A program made the translations under genes and the position numbers. The notes under the pieces were generated by a model. That model worked only from the letters and a program-made list of their open reading frames with translations. It searched no databases and was not told the origin of the DNA. Positions 8,450 to 16,762 of a stretch of 53,328 bases of DNA are shown in pieces (position 1 is the stretch's first letter; each line of letters opens with the position of its first letter). The DNA comes from a virus (lineage: Duplodnaviria; Caudoviricetes): the IMG/VR virus record IMGVR_UViG_3300047480_000319, positions 1 through 53,328 of that record; one strand, written 5' to 3'.

Positions 8450-10049
8450 TATTGTCCTCTAATTCTTCTAACTTATCTACAGCCGCAGGGGTAAACTCCC
8501 CATCTTTATCAAATATTTCAATTTCCTTTTCAAAGTCAGGATCTTCTTGAACAAAGTGCTCTCCAAATTTATGTCTAGCACTAATAGTTTTAGAACCAAC
8601 AGCACCTCTTGTTCCGGGTATATCCAACCAATATCTTTTACATTCTTCAATTATCCCTTCGGCAACACCTCGATCGCTAGTAGCAAAAATAGCATCAACA
8701 ATATTTTTAAAGAAATGTCCGTATGGGTATTCTTTATGAACTTTTTTATTCGAATCTACAACAGATAGCATTGCAGGAATACAATGTGCATCATATTGTC
8801 GATTTGCCTCTTGAACAGCGTTAATATGATGCCAAACATTGTGCCCCATTTGAATAGCATAACTAAAACTATCCCAACTAGTCTTTCCTTCTTTGCCTAT
8901 TTTGTTTAAATCGCCGGGTGCGTAAATACAAATGTCTTTAATAGGTACCTGATCGATCAATGGACTAGGTTCAAATCCGTATGCACTTTTTTTACCTTTT
9001 TTAAATATTTTGTCCTGTACAACCGCATCTTTAAATAGTCGAATATCATTTGCATACTTTTTATCATCGGCACTTTTCATCATGCGATAAACCCACTTTT
9101 CTCTATCATTAGTTTCAGTAACAATATAAATTTGTCCGTTTGCAGTTGCCAAGAACGGACTTGCACAATCGAAACTAATAGTGAAATTTGGATTATGATA
9201 TTTTCGAACAGCTCGTTGAATATCAGTAAGTAAACACGCCCATTCTAATTTACTAGTTCCTAAGAAGTGCATCCAATCGTGCAATCCTTGTTCTAAAAGA
9301 CCGTCAAATCTTAAAGCTACTAATCTTTTAAGAACTAGATGAACATCACACATGTTTTGTCCACCCATTGCCCATCCGTTAAATGCACGATCTCCGTATA
9401 CTTTCGGATCGCAATACTTCTTCATGCGATCATACCAGTCGTCTGCTTCGTTAAAACTTTCTCCTTGCAGAACATTTAAAAATTTGCAATTACCGTTACG
9501 ATTATTAATAAACCAGTCGTTATTAATATAAGTTCCTTGTACAGCTTCTGCATAACTTGTAATGCCAGTAGCAGCTCGACCGGTAGGACTTCTTTCAACC
9601 CATGCAGGAATATCTAAGCACATACCGTAATCCATTAAAGAATCCATCCATGTAAGTACTTGTTCCCTCTTTTTTTGAGCCTTTGGGCAATTAGGATCCT
9701 TCCAATCGGCTGCCCATACTCCTTTACCTATCTGGAATCCGCCCGAGTCTCCTAATACCCAACTAGTGGTTCGATCTCGGTTACGAAACATGTCTTCTTT
9801 TTCGTCATGCTTTGTAAGATCTAAGTTAGCATGTCCTGCAGAGTATAAGCACCAGTTATAGTAAAATGATCCTTTAACGGGATCTAAGTAGTTTAAACTT
9901 TCGATCCCATTAGCAAAAGATGCAGGAATACGAGCAGGATCTACATAATTACCGTATCGCTGTTTCCCAATAAAAGTAGAATAGAATCCCGACGTTGCTG
10001 GCAAGAATACAGCATAGTCTTTTTGTGTTGTGGTTAAATCTTTATTCAT
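8436..10049 (-). CDS. dpdA: tRNA-guanine transglycosylase-like protein, probable DNA deazaguanine transglycosylase (DpdA family)
   Basis: TGT motifs in the expected order: DSGGFQ, MCLDIP, NVLQG, GWAMGG, MHFLG, SFDCASP; clustered with folE and queE. Confidence 0.75.
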   Translation of the reverse strand: MNKDLTTTQKDYAVFLPATSGFYSTFIGKQRYGNYVDPARIPASFANGIESLNYLDPVKGSFYYNWCLYSAGHANLDLTKHDEKEDMFRNRDRTTSWVLGDSGGFQIGKGVWAADWKDPNCPKAQKKREQVLTWMDSLMDYGMCLDIPAWVERSPTGRAATGITSYAEAVQGTYINNDWFINNRNGNCKFLNVLQGESFNEADDWYDRMKKYCDPKVYGDRAFNGWAMGGQNMCDVHLVLKRLVALRFDGLLEQGLHDWMHFLGTSKLEWACLLTDIQRAVRKYHNPNFTISFDCASPFLATANGQIYIVTETNDREKWVYRMMKSADDKKYANDIRLFKDAVVQDKIFKKGKKSAYGFEPSPLIDQVPIKDICIYAPGDLNKIGKEGKTSWDSFSYAIQMGHNVWHHINAVQEANRQYDAHCIPAMLSVVDSNKKVHKEYPYGHFFKNIVDAIFATSDRGVAEGIIEECKRYWLDIPGTRGAVGSKTISARHKFGEHFVQEDPDFEKEIEIFDKDGEFTPAAVDKLEELEDNIDET

Positions 10050-10468
10050 TTACCATCCAATTTGTTATATACATTGTCTAATGAATAGCTAAGATTAGAT
10101 GTTAATGGAGAAGAAGTATATGTCGGAGCAATCCCTACCGTGGATATAGTTTGATTATATGTCTGAGGTGATCCAACTGTAGGAGTCGGAACTATCCAGG
10201 TCGGAGGCTGGGTCGATGTTGCTGGCATAGTAACAGGTCCGTAAGTGCTGTACTTATTTGCTTCGAGTACTCTTACTCTTTGTTGTAAATCTTCAATAGT
10301 TTTAACCATTTCTCTTAATGGTCCTATTTTAGGATCATTTTCTGAATTAACAAGTGTCGCAACTAACATTAGATTTTTAAAAGCCTTTTTAACTGTAGGA
10401 TTGTCCGACATCATTGCTGTGTCGAACAAATCTACAAATGTTTCTAAATTAAAGTCGTCTTCGATCAT
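10046..10468 (-). CDS. Hypothetical protein with a Thr/Pro-rich C-terminus
   Basis: 140-aa ORF with 4-nt overlaps on both sides. Confidence 0.7.
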   Translation of the reverse strand: MIEDDFNLETFVDLFDTAMMSDNPTVKKAFKNLMLVATLVNSENDPKIGPLREMVKTIEDLQQRVRVLEANKYSTYGPVTMPATSTQPPTWIVPTPTVGSPQTYNQTISTVGIAPTYTSSPLTSNLSYSLDNVYNKLDGK

Positions 10469-11196
10469 TTTGTATTTGCCGGTAAGAAATAGTTGTATTC
10501 GGCAATTCCGCTATCGATTGTAATTTGCATAACGCCCGCATTAGAAATCTTCATGGTCTTATCTCCAGATAGACCTAAGATGCTTAATGTTTCTTTTACA
10601 GGATATTCCCATGTGCGTTTTAGCGGTGATGACACATTATGTTCAAAAATAAATGATCCTGCGTGTGTACTAGAGTCACCAAAACTAAAAATTAAGTTGT
10701 TATTGTTAGTGCTAACTTCGAATACAGTTTCTTCGGAATGTGCATTTGCTTGAAATTTTAGCTTTTGTATACTTAATACAGAAGGACTAATATCAATATC
10801 CCACACTGCGCCTTTAAATGTAGTTTGTGGTAATTTATTTTTAACTAATTCAGAACTCATAAATCTATATGAGTTATTGAAGTCGTTAGTTTCGTTTGAG
10901 AAAAGTAAGCTCGATGGAACCTTCTCGTCATTTTTAACAGAATATTCAACTTCGATAGTTGCATTTTCTTTGTACATCGGGCACTTTAAATGAATGTCCA
11001 ATTTGTTTAAGTTAGGCATTCCGAATACTCCTTCAAATTCAGACATCGGAACCTTTGTAGTAGCACTAAGAATTGCCGACTTAGTAGCCGATAATGATTC
11101 AATTAATGTTTCGTCTTGAGATGCTGTAATTTTAAGTAATTCGATCCCATCTAGCGGTAATGTATGTGCAACTAAATCTTGTAAAAAATCTTTCAT
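10465..11196 (-). CDS. Probable DNA polymerase sliding clamp (gp45/PCNA-like)
   Basis: About 243 aa of alternating beta/alpha pattern, adjacent to polB, C-terminal EYNYFLPA; start reassigned to ATG 11196 with a GGAG SD. Confidence 0.65.
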   Translation of the reverse strand: MKDFLQDLVAHTLPLDGIELLKITASQDETLIESLSATKSAILSATTKVPMSEFEGVFGMPNLNKLDIHLKCPMYKENATIEVEYSVKNDEKVPSSLLFSNETNDFNNSYRFMSSELVKNKLPQTTFKGAVWDIDISPSVLSIQKLKFQANAHSEETVFEVSTNNNNLIFSFGDSSTHAGSFIFEHNVSSPLKRTWEYPVKETLSILGLSGDKTMKISNAGVMQITIDSGIAEYNYFLPANTK

Positions 11197-11215
11197 ATTG
11201 TTCTCCGTATTCGTT

Positions 11216-11244
11216 ATTATATTTAGGTTACTAAGTGTAGTCAA
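11216..11244 (-). promoter_or_regulatory. Sigma70-like promoter (TTGACT-17-TATAAT) overlapping a late-type TAAATA
   Basis: -35 at 11244-11239, -10 at 11221-11216, TAAATA at 11225-11220. Confidence 0.7.
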
Positions 11245-11253
11245 GAATTATTC

Positions 11254-13923
11254 TTATCGAAAATCAAATAAACTACTAAATGTATTCTTTTCGTTTGTAC
11301 TAGATATATCCCACTCGAGTACACCGATCAAGTTATCTAGCTTCTTATCTATAATGGTTGCTTCCATCTCGGCATGATCAAAAGGAAGTTCTTTGAACCA
11401 CTGCGGTAATCTTAGTTCATCTACAGGGTATGCAACACTAGTAAAGCCTAACGGATTATTTTTTAATTTACAAATAATAACCTTTCCTCCGTCGGTAATA
11501 CTCATTGAATACTTGTCGTCATATAACTTCTTCAAAGTATTCCAGTTGATACTTGCCCTTACATGCCCGGGCATATTAACTTTACCTTGTTTCTTTTCCT
11601 TATTTTCGTAATCGGTAATATTGTTAGCTCTCTTTGGGCTACCTTTTTCCCAACCTGGTCTAGATTTGAATAAAGTTCTAAATTGACTGATATGATCTAA
11701 TACTTCTTGTTCGACTGATCCTGTTAGAACCATTTCTAATATTTCACTTAAGAAGTCTTGGATAAACTCCGGAGTATCTGATCTTTTCAAATCTAGTCCC
11801 ATAGCTTTAATTTCGCCGGGTCTTCCGTCTTTATCCTTCCGTTTTCCTTCCTTATCGTAAACTAGCACAGCATATCTCTTTTTAGTAATAAACAATGCTT
11901 TTGAACCGACAATTTCTCGACCAGCTTTAATTACTTCACCTCTTGATTTAGGGCAGTGAAACTGATCAAGCATAAATTGCTGGAATGTACCGTTTACTTC
12001 AACAGCTATTTGATCATATAAGTTTGCAATAGCTTCTTTACTCCAAGGTATTAGTCCTTTTTCGATATCATCTATAAGAGTAGTATATGCTGAAAAGTAA
12101 CAAGAGTCTGTATCACCATAAATTACAGCCTTGCCTACGTGATCATATTTGCCTGTAATAATCTCATTAACCTTAGCCGCCATATGTTTAGCAATTTGTC
12201 TACCAGTTAATGTTGTTGATTGTCCGATGCGTTTATCGAAGAATCTGCATCCTGGGTTAAGAATAGCACCGTATAAGCTATTTAGGTTAATCTTCTTAAC
12301 AAGCTGACGTTTATCCCAGTATTCCTCTTCAATCTTATTGCCTGCATTGATGCATTCTTTAAGTTTTGCCTGCATTTCTTTACGTTCAGCATACCAGCGT
12401 TTTAACAATCCAGGGATAATACCTTCTTTTTCCCATGTAAAGATCGTACCATTTGCACTAAGCATCCACGGTTGATTGCTTTCGTAAATTAATCGATATA
12501 CTTCGGCAGCACTTACTACATCACTATCTCCATTCTCCCAGTCGATAGTAATATTCGATCCTATTTCATTATTCATAACAGAATCATATTCGAATGTTGC
12601 AAATAATCCTTCCCATGCTGCTGCAAATGATTTTCCTTTAGCAACTTGAGCAGATATATAAGAGTCTGTTCGTTCAGGGCGCAATTGTCCGATAATAGTT
12701 TCTGGACCCATATTTAATGCACGAATTACAGACGGATACAGTGAGTTAATATCTAAAGATCCAATCCAATCATGTAGTCCTTCTTTCGGATATGCAACAT
12801 ATGCTCCTGCTGCTCTTGTATCAACATTTTCGTCTCTTTTAGCACGATTAGGTACAATAAATCCTCTTCTATGTGCTTCATTAATAATAGCCTGTTCGGT
12901 TACTGCTACAGCTCCCATAGTAGTTTGTAGAAGTACAGTATTTTCGTGTGCAAGAGTATTAGCTAGATCAATAAATTTAAGTTTTCGATCTAACTTTTCT
13001 AAGAGCATGGTATCTTGTCTATTATATTCGATAAAGGTCTTAAAATCATTATTATATAATTGATCTAACGTACCTTCATATGCAGTTTTACGTTCACCTA
13101 ACTCATATTCTGCAATAGCATCGAGTCGGTAACTATGTCGTTCTTCATATGTGTATTTTCGATATAGTTCTAAGCTATCAAGATGAACTCTGCCTACAAA
13201 GTCGTATGTATTTGCAGTCTTTCCATACTTTTCGTATTCTCTCTTTTTAGGATACTGATTAAATAGACAAAATCTTCTAGTATCGTCTTTTGATAAACTT
13301 TTAGTTACTCTGTTTACAGTATACGGTACGTCATATCCTTCACTGTTCCAGCCACTTAAAACATCGGCATCTTTGATTAAGTCTAAGAATGCATCCAGTA
13401 AGTGAGATTCTTTTTCAAATAAAAGAGTATTTGGAAAATCTTTCACAAGTTCAGTTGCTTCCTCCATCGTTAAAGTTTTTGGAGGAACAGCAAAACATAC
13501 TAGAGTGTCTAGCCACTGTAAATATACTGAGATAGCAGTAATCGGCATAAATGCGTCGTCTGTACTTGCATAGCCTCTTTCTGGATCAAAATCTACCTCG
13601 ATGTCGAAAAACGCAATGTTAAGTTTTGGAGCATCTTGATTTAAGTAGTTTTCACTTAAACAAACGAATATAGGATTAATATCAGATTCAAATATCTTTT
13701 TATTACTAGCAATTGCAAGCTCTTTTCTCAGATCTTTTGTATTTTTACAAACAACCTTTGATACAGGATCTCCGTAAATGCTTTGATATTTTCCTTTAGG
13801 GTCAGAGTAATAAAATGTATGCTTTACAGGAACATCTCGGAACTCTCGATCACCTTTTTTATTTCTTTCAACGATTTTAATAATGTCGTTGTCTCTATCG
13901 TAGTATGCATCAACGTAGCTCAT
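11254..13923 (-). CDS. Family B DNA polymerase (gp43-like)
   Basis: Exonuclease motifs FDIEV, GWNSEGYD and YNRQD; polymerase motifs DINSLYPS, KINLNSLYG, YGDTDS and KKRY. Confidence 0.97.
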   Translation of the reverse strand: MSYVDAYYDRDNDIIKIVERNKKGDREFRDVPVKHTFYYSDPKGKYQSIYGDPVSKVVCKNTKDLRKELAIASNKKIFESDINPIFVCLSENYLNQDAPKLNIAFFDIEVDFDPERGYASTDDAFMPITAISVYLQWLDTLVCFAVPPKTLTMEEATELVKDFPNTLLFEKESHLLDAFLDLIKDADVLSGWNSEGYDVPYTVNRVTKSLSKDDTRRFCLFNQYPKKREYEKYGKTANTYDFVGRVHLDSLELYRKYTYEERHSYRLDAIAEYELGERKTAYEGTLDQLYNNDFKTFIEYNRQDTMLLEKLDRKLKFIDLANTLAHENTVLLQTTMGAVAVTEQAIINEAHRRGFIVPNRAKRDENVDTRAAGAYVAYPKEGLHDWIGSLDINSLYPSVIRALNMGPETIIGQLRPERTDSYISAQVAKGKSFAAAWEGLFATFEYDSVMNNEIGSNITIDWENGDSDVVSAAEVYRLIYESNQPWMLSANGTIFTWEKEGIIPGLLKRWYAERKEMQAKLKECINAGNKIEEEYWDKRQLVKKINLNSLYGAILNPGCRFFDKRIGQSTTLTGRQIAKHMAAKVNEIITGKYDHVGKAVIYGDTDSCYFSAYTTLIDDIEKGLIPWSKEAIANLYDQIAVEVNGTFQQFMLDQFHCPKSRGEVIKAGREIVGSKALFITKKRYAVLVYDKEGKRKDKDGRPGEIKAMGLDLKRSDTPEFIQDFLSEILEMVLTGSVEQEVLDHISQFRTLFKSRPGWEKGSPKRANNITDYENKEKKQGKVNMPGHVRASINWNTLKKLYDDKYSMSITDGGKVIICKLKNNPLGFTSVAYPVDELRLPQWFKELPFDHAEMEATIIDKKLDNLIGVLEWDISSTNEKNTFSSLFDFR

Positions 13924-14032
13924 AATTACTCCTTGCTAAAGAAGTATTTTTGATTTGTAATTCTACAATATCTTTATTTTGAATAGATAAGCATGGTTCA
14001 CATGCTTCAAATTTGAAGTGTTGAATAGTCAT
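13910..14032 (-). CDS. 40-aa upstream ORF overlapping the polB start (MTIQHFKFEACEPC...NYELR)
   Basis: Read manually; AAGGAA SD before ATG 14032 and TGA at 13912-13910 inside polB. Confidence 0.45.
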   Translation of the reverse strand: MTIQHFKFEACEPCLSIQNKDIVELQIKNTSLARSNYELR

Positions 14033-14042
14033 GTTGTTTCCT

Positions 14043-14094
14043 TTGCGACTTCCGGTTCGCAACACCAATAATGCGGATTATGGCCCGCCTGCCT
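14043..14094 (-). promoter_or_regulatory. Tandem hairpin/pseudoknot leader element upstream of polB
   Basis: GGC-AG-GCGG[GCCATAAT]CCGC and GGT-G-TTGCGA[ACCGGAAG]TCGCAA, preceded by TAAATA at 14112-14107. Confidence 0.55.
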
Positions 14095-14109
14095 TTCCCT
14101 TATACGTAT

Positions 14110-14367
14110 TTAGATACGTTTTGTAACATCGAGGATAGCTTCGATTTCTTCCCAATCGGAGTTATGATCCTGCCAGTTACCTTTGTGTGCAATTTTGATT
14201 GCTTTGTTAATTACACTAGCTTTTACTTGTAGTTCTTCAGCTACAGATTTTACTGTGTCTCTTAAACCTTCTTGTAAATCTTCAATCTCACGAAGAACCG
14301 TTGATCCTTCGACAATTAGTCTTTCAAGTTTTGCCTTTTCTTCTGGGCCATATGCTCTATTTGCCAT
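14110..14367 (-). CDS. Small dsDNA-binding protein (T4 DsbA/GapR-like)
   Basis: 85-aa helical protein with IEDLQEGLRDTVKSVAEELQVKASVINKAIK pattern; AAGGAG SD. Confidence 0.6.
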   Translation of the reverse strand: MANRAYGPEEKAKLERLIVEGSTVLREIEDLQEGLRDTVKSVAEELQVKASVINKAIKIAHKGNWQDHNSDWEEIEAILDVTKRI

Positions 14368-14388
14368 TATTTTCTCCTTTGTGCCTTA

Positions 14389-14417
14389 ATGATACGTTAT
14401 ATATTAGATATGTTCAA
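14389..14417 (-). promoter_or_regulatory. Sigma70-like promoter (TTGAAC-17-TATCAT)
   Basis: Intergenic with correct spacing, upstream of the SD of the DsbA-like gene. Confidence 0.5.
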
Positions 14418-14435
14418 GTTAATTGATGATATTGA

Positions 14436-15776
14436 TTACATGCCAGGAGCATACATTTTTAATGTTTGTTCTGCATGTGCAATTGCTTTTTGTGCGTCGG
14501 CCTTAATTTCAGGATTTGTAATTCTCTTTAAATCAGTAATATCAACTTTAATATCGCTGATTAACTTTGCTAGCGTAGTATCAATTGAGGTAGTACTAGC
14601 TGCTGTACCTGGAGCCGGTGCGTTCGATACAGTAGGAGTAGCAGGTTCCTCGGGTTTAGGTTCAGAAACTATACCAGGAGCATATTCATGTGCTTTCGAT
14701 TGAATTACGTTTCCGTAATTGTCCCATACATATCCTCCCGCCGCAATAGTTGCTATTGTTGTTAGTAAACGATTGTTACTAACAAAATTTGATACTTTTC
14801 CTTTTACAGCATTGATGACATTTTTTGCGTATTGTAAAAATCTAGAAGGAACTTTAGCCTCGTCAATTTTATCTAATGTTGATCTCAACTCCGAAATTTG
14901 ATTAGTGTTAGCCGGTGCTGTAACATTTAAAAGTTTGTATATTGCATCTAAATCACTAGGTAAATTATTTGCAGAGGTATATTGCTTTAAAGCTGCAAGT
15001 GTATCAGGACCAAAAATACCGTCTTTTCCGTGAGAACCCACACTAAATCCTAACTTTTCTAATGCACTTTGTAAGTCTTTTATGACCGGAGCAGTTTCGT
15101 TATTTGAAGCACTTGCTGTTGTAGGTTGTTGTGGAGAGGTAGTTTGTTGTGGTGCCGAGTCTGGAGAATAAAAGTAATCTACAATATAGCTCACTAACTG
15201 ATTCACATCATCTCCAAATGCCCATTGTGCAGCAACTCCGCCAGCAATACCTGATACTAATGCTCCCGGTCCTGATGCTCCTCCTAACGCAGCGCCAATT
15301 CCGGCACCTACTGCAAAAACTCCGTATTCCCCGACTACATTTCCAATAATTTTAGCCACTTCTTTTTCGAAAGTTTCTTGAGGAACGTTTCTTGGCAGTT
15401 GTGTAATTTGTTCGTAAGCATCCCATATAGCAGCCGCAGCAGTTACAGGCCATGCAATCTTTTTACCGATAGTCTTTAATATTCCATCTCCTGATACAGG
15501 TGCAGATGTTGCATTAGAAGCAGATGCAGTTGCAAGACGGTCCATATCCATCTCGTTGACTTGATATCCAAAACTTTGAACTAATGCTTCTTCGAGAGAT
15601 GTTGGATTCGACTGCTTGTTTATTAAAGCACGTAGCTGTTGAAGTAAGCCGTATAAGTGTTTTTGTTTTTCAGCAAATTTCCACTTATCTTGGTTTAATT
15701 TTTTACCGGCTTCGATATCATATTCTTCTTGTTCAGAAATAGAATCTAGCTTACTTATTAAGTCTCTCAAATCCAT
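14436..15776 (-). CDS. Peptidoglycan-binding domain protein, probably virion-associated
   Basis: LQSALEKLGF...DGIFGPDTLAALKQY (PG_binding_1); Gly/Ala-rich hydrophobic segment; start set at MDLRDLI. Confidence 0.7.
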   Translation of the reverse strand: MDLRDLISKLDSISEQEEYDIEAGKKLNQDKWKFAEKQKHLYGLLQQLRALINKQSNPTSLEEALVQSFGYQVNEMDMDRLATASASNATSAPVSGDGILKTIGKKIAWPVTAAAAIWDAYEQITQLPRNVPQETFEKEVAKIIGNVVGEYGVFAVGAGIGAALGGASGPGALVSGIAGGVAAQWAFGDDVNQLVSYIVDYFYSPDSAPQQTTSPQQPTTASASNNETAPVIKDLQSALEKLGFSVGSHGKDGIFGPDTLAALKQYTSANNLPSDLDAIYKLLNVTAPANTNQISELRSTLDKIDEAKVPSRFLQYAKNVINAVKGKVSNFVSNNRLLTTIATIAAGGYVWDNYGNVIQSKAHEYAPGIVSEPKPEEPATPTVSNAPAPGTAASTTSIDTTLAKLISDIKVDITDLKRITNPEIKADAQKAIAHAEQTLKMYAPGM

Positions 15777-15777
15777 A

Positions 15778-16758
15778 TTATTTTCCTTTTTTCGGAACAC
15801 AATTTGGAACCATTCTCTTACCTTTCTTTTTCATTCCAATTTGTTTGTAATTTTTCCAACATGCTTCGTTTGTTGGTTCGGGTAATAATTTTTGATCTCC
15901 TACTATTTGATCATAATTATTCATGTTTAATATATCGCCTTCTTTGCTTAAATTTATAAGCATAGTAGTTACATTATGAAGATCCATATCAGTTTTAGCA
16001 TCTTCTTTTGCATATTCTAATAATCGTAGTAATAAGGGAACATCGAGCTTGATAATATCCGGTGGATTAAAATCGGTGCCTTCGTTAAGATCGATAGGTT
16101 TGCCTTGTTGCAAATCTTCTAGATCATATCCTAAATTTTCGATTCGATCTTCGATTTCGGAAATAAGATACGTAAATGGTTCTTCTAATTCAAGTATTGC
16201 TGATTCAACACCATTATATGCTTCTGCAATAGTACTTTCTGCATACTGGAAATGAGAACGTTGAATACCGACAGATTCTCCAACTTCGATTATTTGAAGA
16301 ATGATATTTGTAACTGTATCGTCGTATCGAATACTTCTATTGATTTCTTTTGCTTTTGCTAGTGCGTGTTGTGCTTCTTCAAGGGATTGAGTTAAATCTT
16401 TAATTTCTTTTTGAATAGCACTTTGAGCAAAACGTGGATCTTGTTCCGGTCGTTTTGACTCCATTACACGATTTGCAATTTTTCTAGAATACATTAATAT
16501 ACGTTGCTGTTCTAATGCTTTTTGTGCATTAAAGTCTTCCTCGGCTTCTGCAACATATTGTTTAAACAATGAATTTTTAGTTTCTTTTATAGGTTCTGAT
16601 TTTTGATAATGACTCATAGCCATTTGAACAGGAAGGCTAACCTTGTGTGGATTAGCCCCTTCTTTAATAATTTCTAATGACTTTTTAATATCGTCAGATC
16701 CTCCTACAGGCTTAGATGCAGTATTATCTAAAGCCTGTAGAATTTTCTTCATATCCAT
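15778..16758 (-). CDS. Hypothetical protein, probable internal head protein
   Basis: 326 aa with many (I/L/V)xE junctions and a C-terminal EACWKNY...KMVPNCVP-type module (CWKNY...RMVPNCVP). Confidence 0.65.
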   Translation of the reverse strand: MDMKKILQALDNTASKPVGGSDDIKKSLEIIKEGANPHKVSLPVQMAMSHYQKSEPIKETKNSLFKQYVAEAEEDFNAQKALEQQRILMYSRKIANRVMESKRPEQDPRFAQSAIQKEIKDLTQSLEEAQHALAKAKEINRSIRYDDTVTNIILQIIEVGESVGIQRSHFQYAESTIAEAYNGVESAILELEEPFTYLISEIEDRIENLGYDLEDLQQGKPIDLNEGTDFNPPDIIKLDVPLLLRLLEYAKEDAKTDMDLHNVTTMLINLSKEGDILNMNNYDQIVGDQKLLPEPTNEACWKNYKQIGMKKKGKRMVPNCVPKKGK

Positions 16759-16762
16759 AATA

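Noticed and set aside
11197-11244. N-terminal extension of the sliding clamp ORF from TTG 11244
   Set aside because: This stretch is the promoter itself; ATG 11196 has a proper SD
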